NCBI RefSeq assembly: GCF_963921235.1
Contig: NC_086114.1
Span: 57,598,001 to 57,662,000 of the forward strand
Reading direction: 5' to 3'
From: Mobula hypostoma
Lineage: Eukaryota
DNA: 64,000 bases
Positions 50,416 to 63,784 of this stretch are shown here, in pieces. The position numbers and the translations under genes were made by a program. The notes beneath the pieces are model-generated. The model saw only the letters and a list, made by a program, of their open reading frames with translations. It was not told where the DNA came from and did no database searches. Numbering within the stretch: the stretch's first letter is position 1; each line of letters begins with the position of its first letter.

Positions 50416-50559
50416 CTGAAAATAATAAAAATAAGATCACAACTGAAGTCACAAGAGATTCTGGAAATCTTGAGCAACGCACAAATTGCCGGACGGACTC
50501 AGCAAGTCAGGCAGCATCTGTGGAAGAAGGGTCCTGATGAAAGGGCCTGCGGAGTTCCC

Positions 50560-50980
50560 GCAGAATTGTGAGTGTGTTGACCAACAGTTGGAGTGATTGC
50601 TGATCCCGTGGCGGGGTAGGAAACATCCGAGCCCTCTCCACACTCACCAGCTCCGACCTTCCGCACCATCCCTGCTGTTGCTGGGTAGGTGCCGAAGCCT
50701 CCGGCCGCTCTCTCGCTTCCCTGTGCACCCTCCACCTTCCCACTGCGCCGGCCGCCGTCTGTTAGCCTCGTCGCCACGGAGCCACATTAACCCAGCGCCT
50801 CGTCAACCCGTTCCCAAGCAACCGTTGCCATGATCGGAACCGCGTCGGCCGGAGCTTCCGTGTCGCAAAATGCGAGCTTCACGACGGAGCGCTGAGCTGC
50901 GGGTGAATGGCGGGAGGAGGTCGTTCGCTGGGGGAATCGCCGCGGCAGCGAACTGAGATAATAGGTCCCGCGACAATAAA
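50560..50980 (-). promoter_or_regulatory. CpG-island promoter of LRRC61 with RFX X-box-like motifs
   Basis: Dense CpG; GTTCCCAAGCAAC 50810-50822 and GTTGCCATG 50824-50832. Confidence 0.6.
50648..50669 (-). CDS. LRRC61: LRRC61 coding exon 1 (MVRKVGA+G)
   Basis: ATG in good Kozak context (GGGATGG) inside a CpG island; GTGAGT donor; phase 1 matches exon 2; start choice is inferred. Confidence 0.7.
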
Positions 50981-52174
50981 CTAATGTTGCTTCAAACTCT
51001 TTGACCTGTCAAACATTGTTGGACAAAGTTTAGAAAAATTGCCGGTCTCTCACCCCTCGCGTGTCTCCAACGAAAGTTCCAGAAATCCTTCAACTACAGT
51101 TAAGCAAAATTTGCTATGTAAATGTTAATAGCTTTAGTAATTAGATTTTTCTTACAGCCTCGTTAAATTCATTCTACAAGGTTGTTGTTATTTAAATTCT
51201 ACCAAATTTGATTAGATTTCTGGTGATGAAGTGAATCAAAAAATCCTTTTTTTAAAAAAATCAAAGTATAAACTACAAATGTTGGACATCTGAAGTGAAC
51301 ACAGAAAACACTGGAAACACAGACCTGAATTGTTGAGTGTAGTTCCTCTCACAAACGCAGCATGACCCCGCTGTGTACTTACAGCATTTTCTGATTTTAT
51401 TTCTGTATTTTGTGTGGATCCCAGAAGGGTGAACACTGCAATGTGCTGGAAGTGAATGACTTTTCTTGTCACTGCAGTGATGCAAGAAATATCCTCTTTG
51501 TCTATAGCAAGGTCCACAGTCAGCAGTGGGATAGGGCCATGTAATACACCCTGGTGGCTGTGCAAGGCTGAAAACATCATTTCTCAATGGACACTACCTC
51601 ACTACGTTTTTATTTGTATTTTTGCACTACTTATTTAATGTAATTATTTGGTATAAGTACTTACAGTATTACTGTAATTCACATTTCCCCCCAATTATTA
51701 TGTATTATACTGCTGTCGCAAAAACAACAAATTTCACCGGATATGCCAGTGATATCAAACCTGATTCTGATTCTGAAATTCAGTAACACACAGCTAGACA
51801 CTGCTGTTCATTCCTTCAGATTGAAACTTGTGGGGAATATGCACTACTTCTCTACTTTTTTCAAAATAATTATGTTTTTTTGCACTGATCTTAATTTAAC
51901 TATTACACTTATTGTAATTCAGTGTTTTCCCTATATTTATCATTATTGCATTGTAATGCTGCCGCTAAACTAACACATTTCATGACGTAAGTCGGTGATA
52001 CTAAACCTGATTCTGAAAGAGGTTTCCAACCTTTTTCAGTGGCAATTCCAAACAGAGCATATATTGTAAAAATATATTCATTATTATAGTCATAATGTAA
52101 TTTATTTAATGTTTGGATGTGTCTGATACAGTGAAATACCCAAGGTAAGACAAGAAACAAAGGAAGCATATTAT

Positions 52175-52972
52175 CCTTGTAAGCGGAACAAGTGCTACAC
52201 ATGCCCTTACACTTCCTCCCTCACTACCATTCAGGGCCCCAGACAGTCCTTCCAGGTGAGGCGACACTTCACCTGTGAGTCGGCTAGGGTGATATACTGC
52301 GTCCGGTGCTCCCGATGTGGCCTTCTATATATTGGCGAGACCCGATGCAGACTGGGAGACCGCTTTGCTAAACACCCACACTCTGTCCGCCAGAGAAAGC
52401 AGGATCTCCCAGTGGCCACACATTTAATTCCACATCCTGTTCCCATTCTGACATGTCTATCCACGGCCTCCTCTACTGTAAAGATGAAGCCACACTCAGG
52501 TTGGAGGAACAACACCTTATATTCCATCTGGGTACCCTCCAACCTGATGGCATGAACATTGACTTCTCTAACTTCCGCTAATGCCCCACCTCCCCCTCAT
52601 ACCCCATCCGTTATTTATTTTTATACACACATTCTTTCTCTCACTCTCCTTTTTCTCCCTCTGTCCCTCTGACTATACTCCTTGCCCATCCTCTGGGTTC
52701 GCCCCCCCCTTTTTCCTTCTCCCTGGGCCTCCTGTCCTGTGATCCTCTCATATCCCCTTTGCCAATCACCTGTCCAGCTCTTGGCTCCATCCCTCCCCCT
52801 CCTGTCTTCTCCTATCATTTTGGATTTCCCCCTCCCCCTCCCACTTTCAAATCTCTTACTAACTCTTTCTTCAGTTAGTCCTGACGAAGTGTCTCGGCCT
52901 GAAATGTTGACTGTACCTCTTCCTGGAGATGCTGCCTGGCCTGCTGCGTTCACCAGCAACTTTGATGTGTGA
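52175..52972 (+). mobile_element. Penelope-like element 3' fragment (Cys motif plus GIY-YIG endonuclease, Neptune-like) with terminal repeat
   Basis: KCYTC...FTCESARVIYCVRCSRCGLLYIGETRCRLGDRF..H; pyrimidine-rich 3' region; hammerhead-like AGTC-CTGACGA...GAAA-TGTT-GACT at 52877-52912. Confidence 0.88.
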
Positions 52973-53249
52973 AGCATATGATTTTCAGCTCGTTACATCA
53001 TTCAATTTCAACAAAGCTAATCTACCTTCTAACTCCATTTACTAAGCTTAATCGTGTGTCTTTTACTAACAATAAGCTGGGATCTTGCAATCAGTTTTGA
53101 CATTTTCCATTAAGTCTGCCTCAACAGCCTTTTGAGGAGAAGTTATGGATTTTCACAAGCCTTTTGTTTGTGAACAGATATTTCCCTAAACAACTTAAGT
53201 CCCCTGTACAATCCTCAGACTGTGTTGGTCATTGATGCAGGCGACACAT

Positions 53250-53870
53250 TTAGATTAGATCAGGTTATGAGGACACGCAGTCCTCTTTTATTGTCATTTA
53301 GTAATGCATGCACTAAGAAATGATACAATGTTTTTTCAGAATGATATCACAGAAACACGACAAAACAAAACTGAAAAACTGACAAAAACCTCATAATTAT
53401 AACATATAGTTACAACAGTGCAAAGCAATTCCATAATTTGATAAGAACAGACCATGGGCATGGTACGGTCTCAAAGTCACTCAAAAGTCCCATCATCTCA
53501 CGCAGACGGTGAACCTCGAGCGCCACAAACTTGCTGATGCAGCATACTGGAAGCATCCGACCACAGTTCGACTCTGAGTCCGTCCGAAAACTCCGAGCCT
53601 TCGACCAGCTCCCCGACACTGATGCACCGAGCACCATCTCTGCCGAGCACTTCGACCCCGGCCCCGGCAACCGGCAAGGCTGAGGATTTGGGGCCTTCCC
53701 TCTGGAGATTCTCGATCGCACAGTAGCAGCGGCAGCGAAGCAGGCTTTCCTGCTTCTTCACGTGTGTCTCTATCAAATCAGGATTGTGCACGGCATCCTA
53801 CTTCACAGATACGATATCAATTCGGAACTGCCACGCACGCTGCGTCGCGCCGCCATCTTCTCCTCCCTCC
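53250..53870 (-). mobile_element. Non-coding LINE-mobilised element (AAGATGGCGGCG 5' end, ATCTA-type tail); a similar architecture occurs at ~42220-42780
   Basis: CpG-rich body ending CGCCGCCATCTT; TTAGATTAGAT at the other end; no credible ORF. Confidence 0.45.
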
Positions 53871-54349
53871 CTTTCACTGTATGTTTCAATATTTCAATAT
53901 ACATTTGACAAGTAAATAAAACTAATTTTATGCCTAGTTTTCTTTCCACTTAATCTTTTTTAATTATCTTGAACTAGGTATTTTGTTAACCCTTTATACT
54001 ATTGGAAATAAATAAAAACTATTCAGCAGTGTCTCATTTTGACCTAGCGCTTCATGAGTTGGCATTTATTGTGGCTTGTCAAGTTTAAATATTAAACATC
54101 ACATAAACATGCAGGAAATATATGGATCAAAGACAAAGACACAAACTTAAAGTTTTAGGAACAGCTTCCTCCCTTTTGCCATCAGACTTCTCAATGTTCA
54201 AAGTAAATTTATTATCAAAGTATATATATGTCACCATATACAACCCTGAGATTTATTCTCTAGCAGGCATACTCAGTAAATCCAGTAGCCATGATAGAAT
54301 CAATGAAAGACCACACCAACCAGTGTGCAAAAGATAGCAAACTGTGCAA

Positions 54350-55115
54350 ATACAAAAATAAAGAAAACTCATTGGTGGTGAGGGCTTTATCCATGATCGA
54401 CTGGGCCGTATCCACTCATTCTTGTAGGGTTTTCCATTCAAGAGTATTGGTGTTTCTATACTCTGTGATGCAACTGGTCAATCTACTCTCCACCACACAT
54501 CTATAGAAGTTTGTCAAAGTTTTAGATGTCATGCTGAATTTTCACAAACTTCTAAGGAGGTAGAGGCACCACCATGCCTTCTTCGTAATTGGACTTACAC
54601 GCTGGGCCCAGCATGAAATGATGATACCGAGGAATTTAAAGTTGCTAATCCTTTCCACCTTCGATCCCCCAATAAGGACTGCCTCATGGACCACTAGTTT
54701 TCTCCTTCTGAAGTCAATAATCTGTCCTTGGTCTTGCTGACATTGAGTAAGAGGTTGTTGTGGCACCACTCAGCCAGATTTTTAATCATCCTCCAATATG
54801 CTGATTCATCACCACCTTTTATTTGGCGTATGGTAGTGGTGCTGTCAGCAAACTTAAATATGATATTGGAACTGTGCTTAGCCTCACAGTCGTAAGTATA
54901 AAACGAATAGATCAGAGGGCTAAACACAGCCTTGTCTTGTACCTGTGCTGATGGAGATTGTGGAGGAGATGTTGTTGTTGATCTGAACTGACTGGGATCT
55001 ACAAGTGAGAAAATCGAGGATCCAATTGCACAAGGGGGTATTGAGGCGAAGGTCTTGAAGCTTATTGATTAGTTTTGAGGGGATGATAGTTTTGAATGCT
55101 GAGCTGTACTGGATA
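54350..55115 (-). mobile_element. Rex1/Babar-L2-type LINE RT fragment
   Basis: [30 protein letters not shown] and FKFLGI motifs across frameshifts. Confidence 0.8.
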
Positions 55116-57799
55116 AAGAATTCTAAACAGTTCATAAACACTTCCTCACTATTCTTCTTTTGCAATATTTATTATTGTAGCTTATAGTAATTTGTTCTGT
55201 TTACACTGTAATGTTGCCACAAAACAACACATTTCACAACTTCTGTCAGTGATAATAAACCTGATTCTGATTCTGAAGTCGAGTTGATTGTCATTTGCAC
55301 AAATCCACGTATGCACAGGTACAATGAAAACCTCACTTGCAGCAGCATCATAGGCACATAGTATCAAATAAGCGTCATTCACTAGAAAAAACATAAATTA
55401 TACATATTTTTCTATGAGAAGTATGCAGTCAGGCAGCTTTATTTTAATTCATATCATAGTGGGTGCAGACATCATGAGCCGAAAAACCTATTCCTGTGCT
55501 ATACGGCTCTGTTCTATCATGTTTAAGGCAGCAGGGAGAAATATGTAACTAGCCAAATCAAAACAACGCCCAGCTTCCTGGCACTAAAAGGGAAGGAAGA
55601 GTAATTTTTCCTGTCAATACCACTGAATGAAGAACTACACTACGTGTTTTATTGCAGAATTGTTAGGAACAGAGGGGCACAGAGGTCAAAGAATCAGGAA
55701 AAATGAACAGAATAAATCAAAAGCTGTAGAAAGAGAAATGTCAAATCCTAATTATTTACTGCTGTCTTCTTGGATCTAACTCTGCCCATTGATGAAAGCA
55801 ATGTTGCTGATCTTGACTTTCAGAAATCATTTAATTTAGTCCTTCATGAAAAAGAACTACAGTTAAAATGAAAGTTCATGGGATTGAGAAGTTTATAAAT
55901 TGAGCAGTGAGTTGTATAGGCAATGGGTAGAAGGTGATTCTTTTATGCTGAAATGTATCTGATGAGACAAACTAACAATCCTCAGATCTCTCCAACTCCT
56001 AATGGCCTATGGCAGTAACATGTTTACATTCTACATGAAAAGAAATCAATCAATGGCAGTCACACCCTGATCCAAGACCGTTTGTGCCTCAGGTAGGACT
56101 ACGCCTTCAGTGAAATATACAGATAATGGTAGATGAAGCCCAGTTAACTTGCTTGGGTATGATTTACCCTGTCCTCGAAATCCATACATGAATTCAATAA
56201 AAGCAATGAGAAATTTCGGTGAAGCTGTTTTGCCCTTTGATTAGGCTCTATCGACTATAATAATCTTTCTAATAGATTTAAGTGTTATGATTTGTTCAAT
56301 CACACCGATTAATATCCCCTTGGGATATTTTATTAAAGGTTCATTAAAAATATAGGTTGTTAGTGGAAGAATGTGTAACCTGTTACCACGCTGTAGTTAG
56401 GCAAATTGTGTGGATGTGAGGAAAATACAGAGAGGAGAAAGGATTAGAAGGTAGTACGGGTAAGGTGGAAGGAAGCTGAATTTTTGTGGGACCAGTTTTG
56501 TTCTGCCACTCACATACTCTCCACCAGGGGTCACTAGTCAGTAATCAGAAACACGCAGCATGCGGATGGAGACGAAATAGGCTGCAGATGCTGGAAATTG
56601 GAGCGACACACGATCAATGGCAGGAACTCGGTGGGTCAAGCAGCATCTATTGGGGGCAGGGGTAAAGGGAGATTCTGGTGTTCCAGTTTATCTCCCTCCA
56701 GCAACTGTCTCCAACCATCGCACGACACTTCCCCCACCTCCCTCCATCATACTTCCCTTTCTATCTGCTTCCGTCTATCATTAACCTGCCTGTCTCCGAA
56801 CTCTATCCAGCTCGCCTACCTGGCGCAACCTGCCTTTATTTCTACATTGCGTGTTAGCCTCACTCCCGCAGAACGTGTTTCAATTGTCATTTCCTCCAAT
56901 CTTCTAATTCTGACCTCTTGCACGTCTCCAGTTGTCTTAATAGTTCTACCACTGGCAGCCTTGTCTTCAGCTATAGTTGCCCTAAGCTATAAAATTCTTT
57001 CTGAGAACCCCATAGCCTCGCTACCTTCATTTCTGTCTTTGAACATATTTTGGCCTAGAGATTCGGCATCATATTTTTGATTCCCGCCATCGGATACTAC
57101 TTTACATTTAAAGTAGTGTTCGAATGCATCTTTCACGACCTCAGGACAACCCGGAGCATTTTACTGCCCAAGAAATAGACTCAAATTCGAGGTAGGTCAT
57201 GTTGCAATATAGAAAATTTAGCTTTCAATGTGCACTCAGGAAAATCGCACAATTACGGGCCTAAATGGATACGACAGCAAGGGAGAGAATCCCACCCCCC
57301 TCCCCACCGTTTTTGTTAACACAATTAATGCCCTGTCATGACTTCAACGCTGCTTGTGAGAGTAAACGCTGTCCTCAATTAATGACTTATGGAAAGGCAG
57401 CAGCTCTAGTGTTGCAGCACTGTCTCAACCCCACGCCCCCAAAGTGACAGAAATATCACTTAGAGAGTCGAGACACGAGACTGAGATCTGCGGAAACAAG
57501 CAATCTACAGACGAAACAAAGGTCCGGCAGCATCTGAGCGGAAAATAAACTGTCGATATTTCGGGTCGTTTGTTCTTGTCTTCCTGTACTCCGCTATAAG
57601 GTGTGTCGTCTTTGGGGGGGAAATTCCTCCTCCCTCCGAGGACCTGGTGCAGGGTTTCGACCCGAAACGTCGGCAGTTCCCTTCCTCCTGCAAATGTCAC
57701 TCGACCCACCGAGTTCCTCCAGCTGACGTGTCGATCCATTGGAGAGTCTTGGGCATTGAGCTTTCAGTGCAGCACTCTACACTGTAGGGTACTTTGATC

Positions 57800-58262
57800 A
57801 CAGTCACAGCCGAAGTACGGGTTTGAAGTCCTCCCCGGACCCCGTCTGCGCCCCCTAATGGTCTCTGGCTGGCTGGCAAGGCAGGGCCAATCGGCGAATA
57901 CTGTACTGAGCACAAGACTGGTCTCCGGGAGCTGTCCCTGCTGAAACTGCTACCGAGCCGGGAAAGGAGACTTTAAAACAAAAGACAACAGACTAAGGGA
58001 GGGAAAATGTAACCCTTCCCCTTCTAACCCAGTCTCCACGGGGGGGGGTGTGTGGGGGGGGGGAGACTGTACACACCAGAAGGGGGAAGAAAGCACCGAG
58101 CCACTCACCAGACGCTGGCTGGTGCTTTTGAAATTCAATGCTGGCTGGGGATCCTTCTGCGTGGGATCACGCCGTGTAAATGCCCTAAATGAATACAGTA
58201 GAAGGAGCGCCCGGAACAGCTAGTGTGATGCATCTCTACAAGAGGAATGTCACTGGTTTAAG
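57800..58262 (+). promoter_or_regulatory. CIB2 promoter/5' region, CpG-enriched, with CCAAT box and G-tract
   Basis: GGCCAATC ~57884-57891; long G runs ~58040-58063; raised CpG content upstream of the ATG. Confidence 0.45.
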
Positions 58263-58313
58263 ATGGGTAATAAGCAGACGATATTTACTGATGAACAACT
58301 AGACGCCTACCAG
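58263..58313 (+). CDS. CIB2: CIB2 coding exon 1 (MGNKQTIFTDEQLDAYQ), calcium- and integrin-binding protein 2
   Basis: 51 nt then CAG|GTAAGA donor; near-identical to human MGNKQTIFTEEQLDNYQ; divergent orientation to IDH3A as in mammals supports CIB2 over CIB3; exon 2 not found in the window. Confidence 0.9.
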
Positions 58314-59499
58314 GTAAGAAGATGGAAAGGGAATCGCAGAAGATCGTGCACGAAGCGTGCTGGGCTCGGAGTCTTACTGTCGCCGTCTCAAAACTAACCA
58401 AATCAGTCTGAACACCTCGGCTGATTGTTAAATTCGAGTCAAAATGTTTCTTCCCGAAGGGTTTACTTTTACGTGTGGCGTTCCTGTGGATTTGAGCGGT
58501 GTAGATTTATTTTTATGCTAATAGCAACATCAGTTAAACGTGTTTATTGCTGTCTCGTTTTCAATCGATCGGCTAAACAGAGGCAAAATTAAACGTGAAA
58601 TTTATAACATCTATTCAAAAGTTTAAGGCGGGGCGGTGAAATTGTCTGATTTGAATGGGAAACTTCGTCCACTCGAAGTAATTTATAATATGTTAATTGT
58701 GTTTATATTTTCTCGACTCACTGTAGTTCAAACAACTTCATTAAATCCCCCCTGGGCTCTTACAGCTGTTCAGTGTTGCGTACGACTGCGATTATTTCAG
58801 GCGAAACCGAGAGTCGGTATAGGGAACATGGAGAAGAACAATTTAACATTACATCTAAAACAATTTGAGCTTCCTGTATGCGGATATGTCCATGTAAGTT
58901 TAGTGATAAAACGTTGCAGTCCGTATTAGCCGCAGTGTCCTGCAGCCGAGTGGTTGTAAATCTCGCGTCAGTTTCACGTACTGAGTCAACCATGAGGTCC
59001 GTCTGTTTGGGCTAATCGAAGTGTAGATTGCTGTAAGAAAATGAAACTATTCATGTTAATACATAATTGAAAGAAAGTATGAATGGTTTTAACCCAGGGA
59101 ACCACATGGCCAGAACACCCGATTAATTCTTCACTGCGTTATTCAGCAGAAGGGGAAACAAGGTGTTACGAAACCATGATACGATGTGCAGAATGTAAGA
59201 TTAAAACCTCCAGTGAAGTGAGCTTCAGGGGAAATATTCCAGCAGCTAGTTGACTGATTTCTTACCAATGCAGGCTGTGCGTTTGATAGAGTCTGCTTGG
59301 TTCTAGAACAGCTTCTGGTAACGTTCCACAGGGAAGACTGCTGAAAGCGTTTAGGATTCAGGGGAGAGTGAAAAACTGAATCCAATGGAGTCCCAGTGAC
59401 AGGAAGTGAAGGTTGGCAGGTGTATTTGTGATTGAACGGCTGTTTCCAATGGGGTTACTCTGGGTTAAATACTAAGTATGTATCTATTAATAATTTAGG

Positions 59500-60910
59500 A
59501 ATACGTAGAGGGCATGATGAAGTTTGGAACTGACACAAAACTTGTGGCTGACAGTGAGGAGGAAAATGTCAGACTGCAGATACATAGAGGTGGTTTGCTC
59601 TCCTGAGCAGAAAAAATGGCGAATGGAATTTAATTCGGAGAAATGTGCGCTAATGTATTTGGGGAGATGGAACAAGAGGTCGTGGGAATTGATACTAAAT
59701 ATGAGGATAATGAGCAATGTGATACAGAGATAGATATGCTTTTCCACAGATTCTAAGGGTATCAGCAGGTTGGGTTGATAATTTGGTAAAAGGACTTTCC
59801 ATTATTACCCCAGGTATAGAATATAATTGCAGGGAGGTGAGACTAGATTTTTATATAATACTGGTTAAACCTCAGCTTGGAAACTTTGTGTAGTTCTGTT
59901 CACCATATTATAGAACAGTTGCAACTTCTTTGGACAGGAGATTTACCAGGATGTTGAAAGAAAAATACAAAGGCGTGCAGATGTTGGAATCTCACAGGAA
60001 AGAAAGACTGAAATAAATACAGAAAGGGCTCTCAACTATTAACTCTCTCCTTTCACAGACCCTCTTTGACTTGCTGAGTATTTCCAGCATTGTCTCTTTT
60101 ACAGGGATGTTGCCAGGACTGAAAATGTTAGCTACGAGGAAAGATTGACCAATTTAGGGTTCTTTTTCTTGCAATAGAGGAGGTGGGATAGGTGGGGAGA
60201 GTAACACAATTGAATTTTATATCGATGTGAGCCTCCTATCATAAATAACTATATTTGTAGATGTATTTGATGGGACTCAACAGTGATTTTCACTTGGCGG
60301 GAAGTGGTGTGGGTAGTGCACTGGAACACTGTAAGGATGATGGAGGCTAAAATCTTCATCATACTTAAAAAGTACTTAGTTCATAGAATAACTCAGCACA
60401 GAGAATAGCACAGCCTTTCAACCCAACTTGTCCACGTCAACCAAGATGCCCATTTGCTGCTTTTGGCCCTTGTCCTTGTAAACCTTTCCCATCCATGTAC
60501 CTGTCACTCTACCAGTCTCAGCCACTTCCAATGGCAGTGCAATCCATGTATGGGCCACATTTAAATCTTTCCCCTTTCATCTTAAAATCATGCCCTCTAG
60601 TTTTTGATTCCCTGTACCCAGGAAAAATGCCTTATTTATTTATCTTACTTATGCCCTTAATGATTTTATTCACCTTGATAACATCACCCTATGCTCCAAC
60701 AAATAAAGACCTAGCCTGCCCAAACTTTCCTTATAGCTCAGGCCCTTGAGTGGCAACATTGTCATTAGTCAACTTTGCATTCTTTCCAGCTTGATGATAC
60801 CTTTCCTATAACAGGGCGAGCAAAACTGTACACAAGACTCCAGATATGGTTCATCAATATCTGTGTAACCGCTACATTGTATCTCAGCTCCTAAACTAAA
60901 TGCCAACTGG
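59500..60910. mobile_element. Two degraded CR1 fragments (plus ~59500-60375; minus ~60385-60910) in CIB2 intron 1
   Basis: KWRMEFNSEKC and LVKPQL remnants; reverse-strand CR1 3' tail. Confidence 0.6.
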
Positions 60911-63784
60911 TGTGCACCAAGACCTATAATCCACATGGCTACAGACTCAATGCTGGAAAATTGGATTAAACTCGATAACTCTTTTTATTCTGGCATGGAT
61001 GTAATTGTTTGAATGGCCTCTCCTGTGTGGAAATATTTTAAACTTGTATGGGCGAGTAATTGCAAGAAAGTCCAGAAGCACCTCTCACATATTGAAAGAA
61101 GCATGGCTGGCAGGCTTTTGCAGTGATGTTTTGTTCTCAAGAGTAGGCATTAATTAATCTACTTTACCAGTTATAATGACAGTTCAAGCCTCATTCCAGA
61201 CAGTTGAAGTAGTACAGATGAAGAAACTACTCTTTGGGTGAAATTTTAAACTGTGGTCTTGCCTTCAGGTTTGGAAGTATGGAAAGCCAAGGCATTTTCT
61301 CTAATAAGAGTAGGGAATTCTCCTTTGTGTCCTTATATTTATCACTTAACCAACACTACCGCAAGAGATTGACCAGTTTGACCATCTCACTCCTGTTTGT
61401 AAAATGTTGATGCTGCATTTCCTATATGGTAATGAAGTATTCAATTGGCTGTAAAGTACTTTGGGATGTCCTGAGGGCTTGAAAAGCATTGAGTATATGC
61501 AAATCTTTCTTTCATAGTTTTCCTAAACTTCCAGATACAGAACTTTGGCAAAGAAATATTAAACTGAATGGGTCAGAAATAGTACTGTAAATTGACTACT
61601 TTAATTAATCACTAACTCTAGCAGTTTTTCCCATTGTAAACATATTTTAACTGACTACGGATCCTTTGCGACTGGTTATCAGTACTATCCATACTATCCT
61701 TTGGCTGTAACAGTCACATACTTACAGATATACCCTTAGGGTATATGAAGAGGTGTCTCTAGGGGGACGTCATTTGACTAACTTGTGTCTGAGGAAGATG
61801 GTCAGGTTTACTGTTGAAATGGTACAATCAGTATCTGTAAGTATGTGACTGTTAAAGGTCAAAGGAAGGTAAACATATTTTGTATAGTTCTGTAACATTT
61901 TCAGTAAAAGATTTATAAGAATACACAGTAATCTTTCACCAAGGATTTTCACAGTTTTGTAATCAAAATGTTCAGAGTAAAGGATGCCGTTCTCAACCCT
62001 ACAGTTCACCTTTAATGTGACAGGGCTGAAGGCTTCCTTGTGAGCACAGATTTATGGCAGTCAGATTTTATTAAATGCAGGAGCAGGCTTCAGGCACCAA
62101 GTAAACTATTCCTGTATTATTTCATATGTTTGTTTCTCTTTACCCACAAAGACAAATTATACCTTCAGAGTGATCTCGGCAGAAGCATAATCGTCATTTG
62201 TGCTTTGATGATTCTAAAGCTCAATTTCTAGTTAAGCATCAGGAATATCCAGGCCAAAAACCAACTGTCAACCATATGTAAAAATATGCAGCACCTGCCA
62301 TCATTCTTGTTCATACACAATTTTGTAGCACACATGATGCCTGCAGTTTCAAATATACACAAATCTCAATAGTGTTTAATATACTATATCCTCAATGCAA
62401 ATAAGCATTAATAGATTTTAGCAGCCTTCATGTCTGTAAGTATGCACAAATAAATATTGTAAAGAGACAAATTGTATGGAGAATCAGAAAGAAAGCTTTA
62501 ACTTTTATTATTGAAAATGCATTTTGAACAAAATGGATTGCTCTATTGATTACTGTAAGTTTTTATTTGAAGTGATCCACAGGGAATTGATTACATCAAA
62601 AGTTGCTCAGATTACCTCAGAAACATGACAGCAAAATACCATTGCAATCTTGCAATAGAGCTATTAATTTGTTTAAGCCTGTTTTAAATAATGAATTGTT
62701 TGTGATTTTATATTTTATGTTTACTTTCTGTGTGTTTGAAGCCTCCTAAAGAACCTGTTCCAGTACAGTGCAGTAATTTTGTTGTAGAGTCAGGTATGAG
62801 CCTTTGACGCTTGATCTGAAGTCAAAGATTCAAAGAACATGTATTATCAAAGTATGTACACAGCTGAGATTTGTCTTTCCACTGGCAGCCACAAAATGGA
62901 AACACCATGGGTTTAAGAAAACATCAAACACCCATCGCGTGAAAAAAGGAACAACTTGTGCCAATGGCGAAAAGCAAGCAAACAGCACATAGAATATCAA
63001 ACGTCAAACCAGCAGTCCAGTAGTATTCAGTTTAGATCAGTTCAGCGTTCTGCCACTAGCCCACTGCAAGTTGCAGGGCCATTCTTTGCCGAACTGCCCC
63101 AGTCCACATCGATCGTCCCGATCAGACCACTCAAAAACAGCAAAAAAAAAGTAACCAGAATCTCAACAGGAACCTCAAAGTCCCCCAAAATGAATCCACA
63201 ACCTCACTTGCAACATGGATCTCAAGACTCCTGCATGTTCCTCTGACAGCAACTAGCGAGAGGGAAAGGAAGACTAGTCAAACGCAGTCAGACAAAGTTG
63301 AACACTCCCGTCCTTGCTGACTTCATTTTGCTAGTGATTTTGGAAAATGATTATGTCAAAAAACTCTGCTACGGAAATTGTTTGAAAGCATGTGATAAAA
63401 TTTGCTTTCAATGCTTTCAACTGCAGTTGAGGTAGTGATTAGTTACACCAAGGACTGGGGCTGTGAATGGCCACTTGCTTATGTATCTTACCTTCTGGCC
63501 AAAAGAGAAAATTAACACCCAGGCTAAGAGAGAGGATTTGGTAGTTCCACTTAGAACTTCAAGGTTTCACCAGTTCTTGCTAAAAGGATCATTTACACTA
63601 ACTCACTATCTACTGGCCACAAGCTCTATCTGTTCTGGGTCCATCTGCTATTCCTTTTATGGTGGCAGGCATAGAGGTGAGCCATCCTATTGTCTAAGTG
63701 TAACTATGATACCAGGTATAGAACATCCAAACCATATGGACACACCTCTTTAGACTACTAAATGAACATGGAAAGCAAAATTTA

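Noticed and set aside
50787-50831. Upstream in-frame ATG as an extended LRRC61 N-terminus
   Set aside because: Closed by TAA after 14 codons (50787-50789); the ATG coincides with the X-box-like motif; at most a uORF
58263-58313. CIB3 rather than CIB2
   Set aside because: TIFT matches CIB2 (CIB3 has TVFT), and linkage to IDH3A fits CIB2; only one exon is visible, so not fully excluded
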